Assembly (NCBI GenBank): GCA_964571145.1
Contig: CAZNAP010000003.1
Location: forward strand, 732 to 64,731
Origin: an uncultured Lachnospiraceae bacterium
Lineage (GTDB): Bacteria; Bacillota; Clostridia; Lachnospirales; Lachnospiraceae
Reading direction: 5' to 3'
Length of the DNA: 64,000 nt
The translations under genes and the position numbers were made by a program. Below, in pieces: positions 17,860 to 29,203 of the stretch. The notes under the pieces are model-generated. The model worked only from the letters and a program-made list of their open reading frames with translations. It was not told the origin of the DNA and did no database searches. How positions within the stretch are numbered: the first letter of the stretch is position 1; the number at the start of each line of letters is the position of its first letter.

Positions 17860-18651
17860 TTAACCGAACCGGCCTGTAATATAATCTTCTGTCCGTTTAT
17901 CTGCCGGACGGGAAAAAATATTATCGGTAACATCAAATTCCACTACTTCTCCAACCAGGAAAAAGGCTGTGTAATCAGATACTCTGGCCGCCTGCTGCAT
18001 GTTGTGCGTTACTACAATCACGGTATACTTCTTCTTTAAATCTTCCATTAATTCTTCGATTTTCAAAGTTGATATAGGATCCAGCGCTGATGTCGGTTCA
18101 TCCATTAACAGTATTTCCGGCTCAACAGCCAATGCTCTGGCAATGCAAAGTCTCTGTTGTTGGCCACCGGACAGACCCAGCGCCGATTTCTTTAATCGAT
18201 CCTTGACCTCATCAAATATAGCCGCGCCTTTTAAAGAATTTTCAACAATCTCATCCAGTTGTTCCTTCTTCTTAATTCCATGAATTCTTGGACCATAAGC
18301 AATATTGTCATAAATGCTCATAGGAAAAGGATTGGGCTGCTGAAAAACCATGCCCATTTTCTTACGAAGCAGAGTAGTATCCACCTTTGGATCATAAATA
18401 TTCTCGCCGTCCAAAAAGACTTGGCCATCGATTTTGACGCAGTCAACTAAATCATTCATTCGGTTTAAAGTTTTTAAGAAGGTTGATTTGCCACATCCGG
18501 AAGGTCCAATAAATGCGGTAATGGCTCCCGGCGAAATGTTCATATTGATATCCTTCAGCGCATGGTTGTCACCATAGTGCAGGTTCAAATCTCGAGTTGT
18601 AATTTTATACTCCTGGGGGCTATACTCCGGAGTGTTCAGTTTCATTTCCAT
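17860..18651 (-). CDS. pstB: Phosphate ABC transporter ATPase
   Basis: [24 protein letters not shown] and [10 protein letters not shown] motifs. Confidence 0.95.
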   Translation of the reverse strand: MEMKLNTPEYSPQEYKITTRDLNLHYGDNHALKDINMNISPGAITAFIGPSGCGKSTFLKTLNRMNDLVDCVKIDGQVFLDGENIYDPKVDTTLLRKKMGMVFQQPNPFPMSIYDNIAYGPRIHGIKKKEQLDEIVENSLKGAAIFDEVKDRLKKSALGLSGGQQQRLCIARALAVEPEILLMDEPTSALDPISTLKIEELMEDLKKKYTVIVVTHNMQQAARVSDYTAFFLVGEVVEFDVTDNIFSRPADKRTEDYITGRFG

Positions 18652-18718
18652 AAGATACTCCTGTTTGATTTGTGAGTTAGTACGCGTTTTATTTGATTGA
18701 CTATGTAAGTCATTGTAT

Positions 18719-19624
18719 TTATGCCAGTCTGTTTACATCCAAGCGGTTTGCCAGGAATTTTGTCAGACAGTTGATACCAAGCACAATTACGAGCAGTACG
18801 ACTGCAATTCCAAAGGCTGTTCCATATTCTGCTTTGGCCATGCTCAGATACAGTTGAATCGTGAGAGTGCCGCCTGATTCCAGCACTTTTTTAAATAATC
18901 CCATTCCTGCCTTGGGAAGTAAATAGCCACTACCTGCTGTAAAAAGCAGTGCTGCGGATTCGCCTACAATTCTTCCGATTGCCAGAATGACACCTGTAAT
19001 AATGCCGGGCATTGCTGACGGGATGAGAATGGTTCTAATCATATACCATTTAGTTGCTCCCATACCCAGCGCACCGCTTCGATAGCTGTCCGGTACTGTC
19101 TTCAAAGCTTCCTGTGTATTTCTGGTAATCAGTGGCAAAATCATAATAGTCAAGGTCAAGGCACCTGTTAATATGGAATATCCCAATCGAAATACTGTTC
19201 CAAAAAATACCATCCCGAATAATCCAAATATAATCGAAGGAATGCCTGACAGGGTTTCTGTTGTAAATTCTATGAGTCGCACCAATTTCCCGGGTTTGGC
19301 ATATTCATTCAGATAAATGGCCGAGCCAATTCCAATGGGCGTTGCAATCAGTAGCGTAATGACGATAACGTAAAGTGTATTCACAATATTTCCCGCAATA
19401 CCGACCGTACCTTTTAGTGTACTGGTAACAGTAGTTAAAAAAGTCAGATTTACACTGCCGATTCCTTTCACAAAAACATAGACAAGGATTCCTACCAGTA
19501 GTAGGACTGACACAGCCGCAGAAAGGCCAATCATGACTTTCATGAACACATCTGATATTTTTATTTTATTGTTTATGATGCTTATTTTATCCATATGCTC
19601 GTCGCTTGCCATACTAGTGTTCAT
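18719..19624 (-). CDS. pstA: Phosphate ABC transporter permease
   Basis: [11 protein letters not shown] and [10 protein letters not shown] motifs; the start could be a downstream Met. Confidence 0.9.
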   Translation of the reverse strand: MNTSMASDEHMDKISIINNKIKISDVFMKVMIGLSAAVSVLLLVGILVYVFVKGIGSVNLTFLTTVTSTLKGTVGIAGNIVNTLYVIVITLLIATPIGIGSAIYLNEYAKPGKLVRLIEFTTETLSGIPSIIFGLFGMVFFGTVFRLGYSILTGALTLTIMILPLITRNTQEALKTVPDSYRSGALGMGATKWYMIRTILIPSAMPGIITGVILAIGRIVGESAALLFTAGSGYLLPKAGMGLFKKVLESGGTLTIQLYLSMAKAEYGTAFGIAVVLLVIVLGINCLTKFLANRLDVNRLA

Positions 19625-20570
19625 TGTCGCTCTCCTTGACTAGTTTATTCAGAGATATATTGATAATCATAATAAATGCAAATAGTACAAGCCCTATGGT
19701 AAACAGTACTTGGCGATGCGTCTGCGCCGCATAACCCATTTCACTTACAATTGCAGTGGTCAGGAATCTGACGGAATTAAACGGAAGCGGTGCATTAACT
19801 GAGCTTCCTGAAACCAGTGTAATAGCCATTGCTTCACCAATTGCACGGCCTACACCCAATACAATCGCAGTAATAATACCTGACTTGGCTGCCGGAATCA
19901 TGACTTTAAAAATAGTTTGGATATGAGAAGCACCCAGAGCCAGGGAAGCTGATTTCAGTTGTGCCGGTACTGCTCGAATAGCTGACTCGCTAATATTAAT
20001 TACTGTAGGCAAAATCATAATTGCCAGTACAATCACCGCTGAAAGTAAATTGGAGCCGCCTGTAAACTGATGTGTCTCAGATCCTTTGAAAACCAGTAAT
20101 TCCAATTTATACATCAGTGGATTCAAAATCATCAATCCTAAAAGTCCGTAGATAACAGAGGGGATGCCTGCCAGCAATTCTACTGCCGGTTTCACTACAG
20201 CAGCCAGCTTCTTCGGTGCAGTCTCTGCCAAAAAAACTGCAGTCAAGATTCCAATGGGTACACCCAGAAGCACTGCCAACGTAGTTCCTATGATAGACGT
20301 AAGGATAACATACAAAATACCGTAAGCCGGTTGCTCCGCCGTAGGCTTCCAAACAGTGCTAAACAGAATTTCTTTGATACCCACTTTAAACAGTGCCGGT
20401 GTTCCATTGATAATCATATAGGCTGTAATGGAAACCACTGCCAGTATTGCCATCAGCGCACACAGGGTAAAAATACCCTGTGCTGCTTTTTCCACTGTAG
20501 ATTTAGTTTTATTATTCCCAATGATTGAAAAGGGGGTTGCTTGCGCCGGTAATTTCATTTTATCTCCCAT
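19614..20570 (-). CDS. pstC: Phosphate ABC transporter permease
   Basis: LAGIPSVIYG and GRAIGEAMA motifs. Confidence 0.9.
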   Translation of the reverse strand: MGDKMKLPAQATPFSIIGNNKTKSTVEKAAQGIFTLCALMAILAVVSITAYMIINGTPALFKVGIKEILFSTVWKPTAEQPAYGILYVILTSIIGTTLAVLLGVPIGILTAVFLAETAPKKLAAVVKPAVELLAGIPSVIYGLLGLMILNPLMYKLELLVFKGSETHQFTGGSNLLSAVIVLAIMILPTVINISESAIRAVPAQLKSASLALGASHIQTIFKVMIPAAKSGIITAIVLGVGRAIGEAMAITLVSGSSVNAPLPFNSVRFLTTAIVSEMGYAAQTHRQVLFTIGLVLFAFIMIINISLNKLVKESDNEH

Positions 20571-20604
20571 ATTATGTAGCTTAATTGTTTGGTGTTACTG
20601 GCGA

Positions 20605-21543
20605 TCAGTCTACTGTGAGCAGACCTACTGCCTCGATTACTTCTTTGCCTTCATCTGATGCAAGGTATTCAAAGAGTGCTTTTACTGCGTCGCTCTGTTC
20701 TGAAATCTCGCCCTTAGTTGCCATTACGAATGGTCTGCTCAAGAAATAGCTGCCTGCTTTGATATTTTCAGCGGTTGCTGCTACGCCTTCCAGTGCTGCC
20801 GGTGTTACGGTACCATCCAGTGCATCAAGTGATGCATAGCCGATTGCGCCAGGTGTAGAAGCTACTTTAGCAATCACTGCGCCTGTACTGTCAAGCTCAC
20901 TTGCATATGCACAGCTGTCTTCGATTTCCAGTAATTCTTCAAAGGCACTTCTGGTACCTGAACCTGCTTCACGTCCGATTACGACGATTGGTGCATCTGC
21001 GCCGCCTAACTCACTCCAGTTCTTCACTTCTCCCTTATAAACCTGCACTAACTGCTCTTTGGTCAAGTCAGTTACTGTATTGGCAGGATCCAGTACGACT
21101 GCAATACCGTCAATTGCTACGATGTTTTCTACAGCGCCTGCGATTTTCTCTTCCTCTTTCAGTGCTCTGGATGAGTTTCCGATATCTACGCTTCCTGCAT
21201 TCAGGGATTCAATACCTGCAGAGGAACCTGTAAATTCAGCTGTTACTGTTACGTCCGGATATTTCGCCATAAAGCTTTCTGCTACTGCGTTTGCCAACTT
21301 CTCCATGGAAGTGGAACCTGCCATTGAAACCGATCCTGTAATTGCAGCTGCGTCTGCCGGTGCTGCTTCTGTAGCTTCTTCCGGTGCTGCCTCTGTTGTG
21401 TCTGTGGCTGCATCTGCTGCCGGAACTTCTGTTTCTTGAATGTCTGTTGTTTCAGTTGTAGTTTCTGTTGTTGCTCCACATGCCATTAAACCTGCTGTCA
21501 TTGTTACTGCACATACCAGTGCTAAGATTTTTTTGATTTTCAT
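20605..21543 (-). CDS. pstS: Phosphate ABC transporter substrate-binding lipoprotein
   Basis: Lipobox LMAC, Ala/Thr/Glu linker, GSTS, GREAGSGTR and SRPF motifs. Confidence 0.9.
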   Translation of the reverse strand: MKIKKILALVCAVTMTAGLMACGATTETTTETTDIQETEVPAADAATDTTEAAPEEATEAAPADAAAITGSVSMAGSTSMEKLANAVAESFMAKYPDVTVTAEFTGSSAGIESLNAGSVDIGNSSRALKEEEKIAGAVENIVAIDGIAVVLDPANTVTDLTKEQLVQVYKGEVKNWSELGGADAPIVVIGREAGSGTRSAFEELLEIEDSCAYASELDSTGAVIAKVASTPGAIGYASLDALDGTVTPAALEGVAATAENIKAGSYFLSRPFVMATKGEISEQSDAVKALFEYLASDEGKEVIEAVGLLTVD

Positions 21544-21572
21544 ATTTTTTCTCCTTTTTTCATAATCTCCTC

Positions 21573-21656
21573 TTAGTTAGTGACTTATGGGGCGGTCGTA
21601 CCTATTCAGGTCGTCACCTTTGGTAGGAAACTTGCTACCCCTATCACTGAAACTAG
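21573..21656 (-). promoter_or_regulatory. Candidate structured 5' leader of pstS
   Basis: GC-rich multi-stem element: outer UAGUU..AGUGA/UCACU.AACUA, GGGGU/GCCCC, ACCU/AGGU, with an alternative GGUAG/CUACC pairing. Confidence 0.4.
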
Positions 21657-21692
21657 GATAGCATTTCTTTTTGGGGGAAAATATCATGATTG

Positions 21693-21720
21693 GGTAATTT
21701 GTTTGTAAATTCTTTGTAAA
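21693..21720 (-). promoter_or_regulatory. PhoP (Pho) box upstream of pstS
   Basis: On the minus strand TTTACA-N5-TTTACA-N5-ATTACC, an 11-bp period matching the Firmicute TT(A/T/C)ACA PhoP repeat, directly upstream of a -10-like CATGAT. Confidence 0.7.
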
Positions 21721-21721
21721 G

Positions 21722-21746
21722 AAAAAACCGCCATGGAAGGCGGTTT
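21722..21746 (-). terminator. Intrinsic terminator after mfd
   Basis: AAACCGCC/GGCGGTTT hairpin with a U-tract on the minus strand. Confidence 0.8.
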
Positions 21747-21774
21747 GAATTCTGAGTGGATACGCGCTGAGTGG

Positions 21775-24700
21775 TTAGTTGGCGATGATTTGCATTTCCT
21801 GCATCATTTGCTCGGTGAAGGCCAGGAGCATCTGGGCATCTCGTTCTACCATGCCGCATTTTTTATAGCGGAACAGGAAGAAAGGGGTACCCTTATGATT
21901 GAAGGTAAGTTTATCATTACGTTTGAGGAGCTCTGGAATTTCTTGGGGGCGAATGTTGGCATCCATTTTCATGGTAAATCGAATTTCGCCATTGCCACCT
22001 TTGATTTCCGTCATGTAAAGCTTGTGTGCATGTACACGAATAATTGCAATTCGCAGTAAGTTGTCAACAGATGCAGGTATTTGACCAAATCGATCCAGAA
22101 GTTCTTCTTTCATGTCATCACACTCGCTCTGGCTTTCAATACCGGCTATGCGCTTATAAATATCCAGTTTTTGCACTTCATTGACAATGTATTCAGGCGG
22201 AATAAATGCATCCACGTCCAAATCCACCGTTGTGTTAAAATCTGACACAGTTTCAATTCCACGCAGTGACTTCACTGCTTCGTTGAGCATTTTGCAATAT
22301 AAATCATAACCCACTGCCTGCATGTGTCCATGTTGCTTCGCACCAAGCAAGTTACCGGCACCACGGATTTCCAAATCCCGCATGGCGATTTTAAAGCCAC
22401 TGCCTAAATCTGTGAATTCCTTAATGGCAGCTAAACGCTTTTCCGCAACTTCCTTAAGCATTTTATCCCTTTTATACATTAAAAAAGCATAGGCTGTGCG
22501 GTTGCTTCTGCCAACACGTCCTCGTAGCTGATAAAGCTGAGACAGACCCATGTTGTCGGAATCATGAATAATCATTGTATTTACATTGGAGATATCCAGT
22601 CCGGTTTCTATGATTGTAGTAGCAACCAACACGTCAATTTCTTTGTTGATAAAGTCATACATAATGCGTTCCAGCTCACGCTCCTGCATTTGACCATGGG
22701 CAAAAGCCACTGTTGCCTCGGGCACCAATCTTTGAATTGTTGCAGTTACATCTGCAATATTATGAACTCTATTATAGACATAATAAATCTGGCCGTCTCG
22801 GGCAAGCTCTCTGACAATCGCCTCGCGAACCATTTCCTCATTATATTCCATAACATAGGTCTGAATGGGCATGCGGTCGCCGGGTGCCTCTTCCAAAACG
22901 CTCATGTCACGAATACCAATCAGACTCATATGTAACGTACGTGGAATAGGAGTTGCCGTTAATGTCAGAACATCCACGGTTTCTTTCATCTTCTTGATTT
23001 TTTCCTTGTGAGTAACGCCAAAACGTTGTTCCTCATCTACGATTAGAAGTCCCAAATCTTTAAAAAGCACATCTTTTGACAAGACTCTATGTGTACCGAT
23101 TACAATATCCACAAAGCCTTTCTTCAAATCATCAATGGTCTTTTTCTGTTCTGTACTGGTACGAAAACGGGATAATAAGTCTACTCTTACCGGAAAATCC
23201 TTCATTCTCTGTACGAAAGTATTGTAGTGTTGCTGCGCCAAAATAGTAGTTGGAACAAGATAAACCACCTGCTTGCCTTCCTGTACTGCTTTAAACGCTG
23301 CACGAATGGCAATTTCTGTTTTGCCATATCCTACGTCTCCACAAATCAGGCGGTCCATAATTTTTTGACTTTCCATATCTTTCTTAGCTGCATCAATTGC
23401 CAGAAGCTGGTCTTCTGTTTCTTCAAAAGGAAACATTTCTTCAAATTCCTTTTGCCATACAGTGTCCTGACCATATTGATATCCCGTCTTTTCCTGTCTG
23501 ATGGCATAAAGTTCCACCAAATCCTTCGCCACTTCACCGGTGGCTTCCTTGACTTTGCTTCTGGTCTTGGTCCATTCCTGTGTTCCCAATTTGTTCAGCT
23601 TGGGACGTTTGGCATCCGCGGAAGCATATTTTTGAATGACATCCAAACCGGTAGCCAGAACATATAAATTCCCACCGTCCCGGTACTCGATTTTCATATA
23701 GTCTTTCACAACCCGTTCCACTTCAACTTTCTCAATTCCGCGGTAAATGCCCAGACCATGATTTTCATGCACTACATAATCGCCGATTTTCAGCTCATTA
23801 AAGTCGCTGATTTTTCGGCCTTCATAAGTTTTTCTCTTCTTTTTCTTTTGTTCGGTACCAAAAATATCGCTTTCCGAAATAACGGCAAACTTCAGCATGG
23901 GATATTCAAATCCCTTCAGCACTCTGCCGTAATAAGTCATAATTTCACCCGGCTGAATTTCTCTGTCGGGGTTCTCGGAATAAAATGCGGTCAGCTCATG
24001 TTCTTGCAAATCCTCTGCCAGTCTGGCCGCTCTTGTTCTGGCGCCGGAAAAGAGTAAGATGCGGTAGCCTTTTTTGCGATATCGCTTTAAGTCCTGCACT
24101 AATGCCTCAAAGCTATTATGATAAGAAGCAATGCTTTTTACTGTAATATCAGCTTTTTTACTAGCCGGGAAAAGGGAGTTCTTCAATTCCAGTGCAGATA
24201 ATGTAGCAATATGCCCCTTGCTCATTTTGGCTGTAATTTCATCCACCGGATATAAAAGCTTCATTTGACCGGGCAGAATATAGCCCTTTTCCATACGATG
24301 AGTCATGCTTTCACGAAATTCAAGTTCAACTGCCTTCACATGTTCCATGACTCTGGCAGGTTCATCTACGAAAACACAGGTCTCTGAGCGCTCAAAAAGT
24401 TCAAAAAAAGGCACTGTATTTTCATAAAAATAATGTACATAACTATCTAAATTTACAAGATTTCGAAATTCCAGCACCTGCTCGCGAAGTTCACGAAGCT
24501 GGCTGCTGATTCTGTGTGCTTCTTCTGTCAGGAACTCTTTCCGCAGTTTATCTGCAAAAGCAGTACCTTCTTTTTCGATTTTATCTATACCATTTTGAAG
24601 CTGTTCTTCCGATAAAATCATTTCAGTCGCCGGATAAACGGTGATAGAACTCAGTTTCTCAATAGACCGCTGGCTGAGCACATCAAAGCTTCTGATAGAC

Positions 24701-25296
24701 TCAATTTCATCTCCCCACAGCTCAATTCGATAAGGATTTTCTTCTGTCAAATCAAAAATGTCAACAATGCCACCTCGGATGCTGAATTGACCGGGTGCTT
24801 CCACCTGATAATTCTTCTCATAACCCAGCGTAACCAATTGCTGCGCCAGTTTATTTTCATCCATGGAAGTCTTTTCATCAATACAAAGCAAATGCTGTTT
24901 CCATGCAGACAGCGGAATTTGTGGTGTCATCAAACTGTCAAAAGTGGTAATAACCGTAACTGCTTCGCCCTCTAAAATACGGCGCAGGCAACGAATTCTT
25001 TCGGTGGTGAGCTGATTACTATGAATATCCGCCTGATAAAAAATCAAATCCTTGGCCGGATAAGCAACTACTTTTCGATCATAAAACCGATAGTCTTCCA
25101 TCAGTTCTTTCACCCGCAGTTCACTAAAGGTGACGATCAACTTGTTCTGAAAGCCTTCACCCAGTCCATATACCATATGCAGTTTTTGGGATTCCAGGCA
25201 GCCCGTGAGTCCAACGCAGGACTCCTCTTTTTGAAGCTGCTTCTTAATTTCTTCAAACTCCCCCAGTTCATACAGGGGTGCCAATAATGCTTTCAT
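21775..25296 (-). CDS. mfd: Transcription-repair coupling factor
   Basis: [43 protein letters not shown] and TRCF C-terminus. Confidence 0.97.
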   Translation of the reverse strand: MKALLAPLYELGEFEEIKKQLQKEESCVGLTGCLESQKLHMVYGLGEGFQNKLIVTFSELRVKELMEDYRFYDRKVVAYPAKDLIFYQADIHSNQLTTERIRCLRRILEGEAVTVITTFDSLMTPQIPLSAWKQHLLCIDEKTSMDENKLAQQLVTLGYEKNYQVEAPGQFSIRGGIVDIFDLTEENPYRIELWGDEIESIRSFDVLSQRSIEKLSSITVYPATEMILSEEQLQNGIDKIEKEGTAFADKLRKEFLTEEAHRISSQLRELREQVLEFRNLVNLDSYVHYFYENTVPFFELFERSETCVFVDEPARVMEHVKAVELEFRESMTHRMEKGYILPGQMKLLYPVDEITAKMSKGHIATLSALELKNSLFPASKKADITVKSIASYHNSFEALVQDLKRYRKKGYRILLFSGARTRAARLAEDLQEHELTAFYSENPDREIQPGEIMTYYGRVLKGFEYPMLKFAVISESDIFGTEQKKKKRKTYEGRKISDFNELKIGDYVVHENHGLGIYRGIEKVEVERVVKDYMKIEYRDGGNLYVLATGLDVIQKYASADAKRPKLNKLGTQEWTKTRSKVKEATGEVAKDLVELYAIRQEKTGYQYGQDTVWQKEFEEMFPFEETEDQLLAIDAAKKDMESQKIMDRLICGDVGYGKTEIAIRAAFKAVQEGKQVVYLVPTTILAQQHYNTFVQRMKDFPVRVDLLSRFRTSTEQKKTIDDLKKGFVDIVIGTHRVLSKDVLFKDLGLLIVDEEQRFGVTHKEKIKKMKETVDVLTLTATPIPRTLHMSLIGIRDMSVLEEAPGDRMPIQTYVMEYNEEMVREAIVRELARDGQIYYVYNRVHNIADVTATIQRLVPEATVAFAHGQMQERELERIMYDFINKEIDVLVATTIIETGLDISNVNTMIIHDSDNMGLSQLYQLRGRVGRSNRTAYAFLMYKRDKMLKEVAEKRLAAIKEFTDLGSGFKIAMRDLEIRGAGNLLGAKQHGHMQAVGYDLYCKMLNEAVKSLRGIETVSDFNTTVDLDVDAFIPPEYIVNEVQKLDIYKRIAGIESQSECDDMKEELLDRFGQIPASVDNLLRIAIIRVHAHKLYMTEIKGGNGEIRFTMKMDANIRPQEIPELLKRNDKLTFNHKGTPFFLFRYKKCGMVERDAQMLLAFTEQMMQEMQIIAN

Positions 25297-25342
25297 CTAT
25301 GCTAAATCCTTTCAGCCTAGTCACTTGATTCTGATCAAAAAC

Positions 25343-25933
25343 TTATTTTAAGCCTTCTGCTTCCGTCACTTTACGATTGAACTGATTCATCGCTTGATCA
25401 GTTTCGCCCTCCAGCATCAGTTCGATTGCTTGCACGGCTTTCTCCAGTCCTTCTTCCATCAATGGCTTATCCTCTTTGGTGAAATGGCCCAATACATAGT
25501 CCGCCAAATCATATCCCTTGGGTTTCTCGCCTACCCCAATGCGAATTCTCTGAAAGTCTCCACTTCCCAAATGCAAAATAATATTTTTCAGTCCGTTATG
25601 ACCGCCGTCACTTCCTCTTTTCCTAATGCGAATCTGCCCGGGAGGCAAACTGACATCATCAGAAATGATAATCACTTCTGTGGCAGAATCAACCTTATAG
25701 TAATCCACCAGCTGACGAATACTTTCACCGCTTAAATTCATATAGGTAAGAGGTTTGGCCAGAATCACTTTCTGCCCATTGATGATTCCCTTGCCAATTA
25801 ACGCTTTATGTTTGCAATCCATCACAGAAATATTAAACTTGTCTGACAGTTGATCAATCAGCGCAAATCCGATATTGTGCCTTGTATTATCATATTCCTT
25901 TTTGGGGTTTCCAAGTCCTGCAATAATAAACAT
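25343..25933 (-). CDS. pth: Peptidyl-tRNA hydrolase
   Basis: GLGNP, TRHNIGF, KPLTYMNLSG and GGHNG motifs; upstream of mfd. Confidence 0.95.
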   Translation of the reverse strand: MFIIAGLGNPKKEYDNTRHNIGFALIDQLSDKFNISVMDCKHKALIGKGIINGQKVILAKPLTYMNLSGESIRQLVDYYKVDSATEVIIISDDVSLPPGQIRIRKRGSDGGHNGLKNIILHLGSGDFQRIRIGVGEKPKGYDLADYVLGHFTKEDKPLMEEGLEKAVQAIELMLEGETDQAMNQFNRKVTEAEGLK

Positions 25934-26057
25934 TTTGAATTTCCTGCCTCGCTCTCAAAATTTCAGCATATCATTTTACATCACTTTGTGCTTCATCACA
26001 TTATTATACACAAATATTTTGATTTATCCAACAAAATACTCGCAAGCTTTAGGGTAC

Positions 26058-26096
26058 AAAAACGGATGGAAAACATCTTTCGGTGATTCCATCCGT
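26058..26096 (-). terminator. Intrinsic terminator after spoVG
   Basis: ACGGATGGAA/TTCCATCCGT stem with a U-tract on the minus strand. Confidence 0.75.
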
Positions 26097-26127
26097 AAAT
26101 TTAAAACAAGTATTTTGAAAGCTGTTG

Positions 26128-26400
26128 TTACGTTTCCTCCGGCTCCAGTAACACCTTCTCGTAGTTTTCCAGAATAATCTTCTGGATTCTTTCTCTGGTA
26201 GCGGAGTTAATCGGATGAGCAATGTCTCTGTATTCGCCATCAGTTGCCTTCTTGCTCGGCATGGCGATAAAAAGACCCTTGTCCCCCTCAATGACTTTGA
26301 TGTCATGAATTACAAATTCTTCATCAATTGTAATGGAAACAATTGCACGCATCTTGCCTTCTTTCGTAATTTTTCTTACCCGTACATCTGTAATTTGCAT
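26128..26400 (-). CDS. spoVG: Septation regulator SpoVG
   Basis: [18 protein letters not shown] and DIAHPINS motifs. Confidence 0.95.
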   Translation of the reverse strand: MQITDVRVRKITKEGKMRAIVSITIDEEFVIHDIKVIEGDKGLFIAMPSKKATDGEYRDIAHPINSATRERIQKIILENYEKVLLEPEET

Positions 26401-26473
26401 ATTCTGCCCCCCTTAGTTCAAACTCCCTTTTGCAACTAGTTGTCTTGCGCCCCAATTACTTAACTTCATATCA

Positions 26474-27592
26474 TTATATGACATACCTGTCATTTCTTTC
26501 TATTACAATCTTGATACCTTCTGTGCCGACATGATAGGAATTGGCTCTGATGGTATCCCGGCTTTCCACAATGCAATTTTCTATTGTTGTGTTATCCCCG
26601 ATATACACATCATTTAGAATAATTGAATTCTTAATGCGGCAGTTATTACCTACATATGTTTTCTTGAAAATAACCGAATCTTCTACCACTCCATTAACGA
26701 TACAGCCACTGGAAATCAGGCTGTTCTTGATTTGTGCGCCTGCATTATACTTTGCCGGAGGCAAATCATCCACTTTGGAATAAACATCCGGATATTGCTT
26801 GAAAAAGTAATCTCTGGTTTCTGATTTTAGGAAATCCATATTTGTGTTGAAATAATCTTCAACGGTTGCAATATTTCTCCAATAATCCTTTAGCTTATAG
26901 CCATAGATTCTTTTCATATTTTTGTAACGAATCAAGATATCCTTAACAAAATCATATCTGTCTTCTTCCGCACACTTCTCAATCATCTCGATCAGTTGAC
27001 GTCTTCTGACTACATAAATACCGCAGGAAATGGTATTGGACTTAGCCACTACAGGTTTTTCCTCAAATTCTTCGATTCGGCTGTCCTCATTCATTTTCAG
27101 AATGCCGAAACGGTCTGCATTTTCTTCCGGTGCGATATCCTTACATACTACGGTGATGTCAGCTTTCTTGGCAATGTGATATTCCAGAACCTTATTATAA
27201 TCCAACTTATAGACACAGTCTCCGGAAGCAATCACCACATAAGGCTCATGGCTGTTTTTCAGGAAATTCAGATTCTGTGCAATTGCATCTGCGGTGCCTC
27301 TATACCAAAAGCTGCTTTCTGCTGTAACTGCCGGGGTAAAGACAAATAGACCGCCCTGCTTACGTCCGAAATTCCACCACTTGGAAGAACTCAGATGCTC
27401 ATTCAAACTTCTGCCATTATATTGTGTAAATACAGCTACCTTTTGAATATGAGAATTAGACATGCTACTGAGTGCAAAGTCAATACTCCTATAACTACCG
27501 GCAATGGGCATGGCACATACGGCACGCCGCTGTGATAATTCTTTCATTCTATAACTGTTTCCGCCTGCTAAAATTATTCCGATTGCTCTCAC
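26474..27592 (-). CDS. glgD: Glucose-1-phosphate adenylyltransferase regulatory subunit
   Basis: GlgC paralogue with degenerate motifs (YRSIDFALS); overlaps the glgC stop. Confidence 0.9.
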   Translation of the reverse strand: MRAIGIILAGGNSYRMKELSQRRAVCAMPIAGSYRSIDFALSSMSNSHIQKVAVFTQYNGRSLNEHLSSSKWWNFGRKQGGLFVFTPAVTAESSFWYRGTADAIAQNLNFLKNSHEPYVVIASGDCVYKLDYNKVLEYHIAKKADITVVCKDIAPEENADRFGILKMNEDSRIEEFEEKPVVAKSNTISCGIYVVRRRQLIEMIEKCAEEDRYDFVKDILIRYKNMKRIYGYKLKDYWRNIATVEDYFNTNMDFLKSETRDYFFKQYPDVYSKVDDLPPAKYNAGAQIKNSLISSGCIVNGVVEDSVIFKKTYVGNNCRIKNSIILNDVYIGDNTTIENCIVESRDTIRANSYHVGTEGIKIVIERNDRYVI

Positions 27593-28863
27593 TTGTCATC
27601 ACCTGCCTTAATTAATGTTTTGCCGCCTGCAAGGCTTTTATCCGGATAATCCGCTTCTGTTGTCACCCCGAAGATACAGGTGTTCTTTCCTACTGTAATC
27701 CCTTCAGGTATAATACTCTTTTCACCAATTGTAACAATTCCGTCACTATAGATATGAGGATCGGTTTCATTGGGTACTTCATCACCAATGCCCAGTTTCA
27801 CATAATTTTGAATTTCCACATTTTCGGCGGCAATGACTTTATAGAGTTCACAGCCGTTTCCTATAATTGTATTGTTCATGATAATGGAATCGCGTACCAC
27901 AGTGTCTTTGCCTATTACTACACCACATCCGATTACAGAATTATAAACCTGCCCGTGAATTTCTGTACCTTCGCCGATAATGCTTCTTTCTACGACTGTA
28001 TTCTCTGCAATATACTGTGGTGGCAAAATTTCACTTCTGGTATATATTTTCCAATATTCTTCGTATAAGTTAAATTCCGGAACGATATCAATCAATTCCA
28101 TATTGGCTACCCAATAAGAATTCAGCGTTCCTACATCCTTCCAGTAACCATTAAATTCATATGCATACAGGGATTCTCCCCGGCTATGGCAATAGGGAAT
28201 GACATGTTTGCCAAAATCCAATCCCGGTTGTTCTGCGTTAGCAAGCAACGCCTGCTTTAAAGCTTTCCAACTAAAAATGTAAATTCCCATAGATGCTAAA
28301 TTACTGCGCGGATTCTCCGGTTTCTCTTCAAAGTCGGTAACCTTCCGTTCCTCATCGGTAATCATAATTCCAAATCGTTTTGCCTCTTCCATGGGAACCG
28401 GCATAACCGCTATGGTTACATCCGCATTCTTTTCCTTATGGAAATCCAGCATTACCTCGTAGTCCATTTTATAAATGTGGTCACCGGATAAAATAAGCAC
28501 ATATTCCGGATTATAACTTTCCATATAATCCATATTCTGGTAAATAGCATTAGCCGTACCTGTATACCACTCGCTGTTGGCGCTCTTCTCATAAGGCGGC
28601 AATACCGTAACGCCACCTATATTCCTATCTAAATCCCATGGAATACCAATACCGATATGAGTATTGAGCCGAAGTGGCTGATACTGGGTTAGAACACCAA
28701 CGGTATCAACACCGGAATTGATGCAGTTACTTAATGGAAAATCGATAATTCGATATTTACCACCAAACGCAACCGCGGGCTTAGCTACTTTGGATGTGAG
28801 AACTCCCAGTCTACTGCCCTGACCTCCTGCCAGTAACATGGCAATCATCTCTTTTTTAATCAT
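27589..28863 (-). CDS. glgC: Glucose-1-phosphate adenylyltransferase
   Basis: [34 protein letters not shown] and YWKDVGT motifs. Confidence 0.95.
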   Translation of the reverse strand: MIKKEMIAMLLAGGQGSRLGVLTSKVAKPAVAFGGKYRIIDFPLSNCINSGVDTVGVLTQYQPLRLNTHIGIGIPWDLDRNIGGVTVLPPYEKSANSEWYTGTANAIYQNMDYMESYNPEYVLILSGDHIYKMDYEVMLDFHKEKNADVTIAVMPVPMEEAKRFGIMITDEERKVTDFEEKPENPRSNLASMGIYIFSWKALKQALLANAEQPGLDFGKHVIPYCHSRGESLYAYEFNGYWKDVGTLNSYWVANMELIDIVPEFNLYEEYWKIYTRSEILPPQYIAENTVVERSIIGEGTEIHGQVYNSVIGCGVVIGKDTVVRDSIIMNNTIIGNGCELYKVIAAENVEIQNYVKLGIGDEVPNETDPHIYSDGIVTIGEKSIIPEGITVGKNTCIFGVTTEADYPDKSLAGGKTLIKAGDDK

Positions 28864-29140
28864 GTCATCACCTCTTACAAGTAAATTTTCGATGCATTTC
28901 TGACTCAGGTAACAATCACAAAATGTATGAATAGTATAGCATATGCGAACTAAAAAGTGAATAATTTTTACAAAAATTATCCTTTAAAACACGTTTTTTA
29001 TGTAAATATTTTACAATGCTTTACAATTGACAGATTATATTTTCCTATTCTTTACAATAATTAGTATTTAAAAGTTAATAAATTCATTACATTTTGTGCA
29101 AAATATCATTGTTTTTATCTTATAATTAGATATAATTGAA

Positions 29141-29177
29141 ACTAGTCATTCGAGCAACTAGTCCCTCGAGTAACTAG
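29141..29177. repeat. Tandem copies of the dispersed ACTAGTCACTCG(A)GTG-like element
   Basis: ACTAGTCATTCGAGCA ACTAGTCCCTCGAGTA ACTAG, 16-bp period. Confidence 0.6.
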
Positions 29178-29203
29178 GCTCAAAAAAAGAAAGGTGCATT
29201 CTC

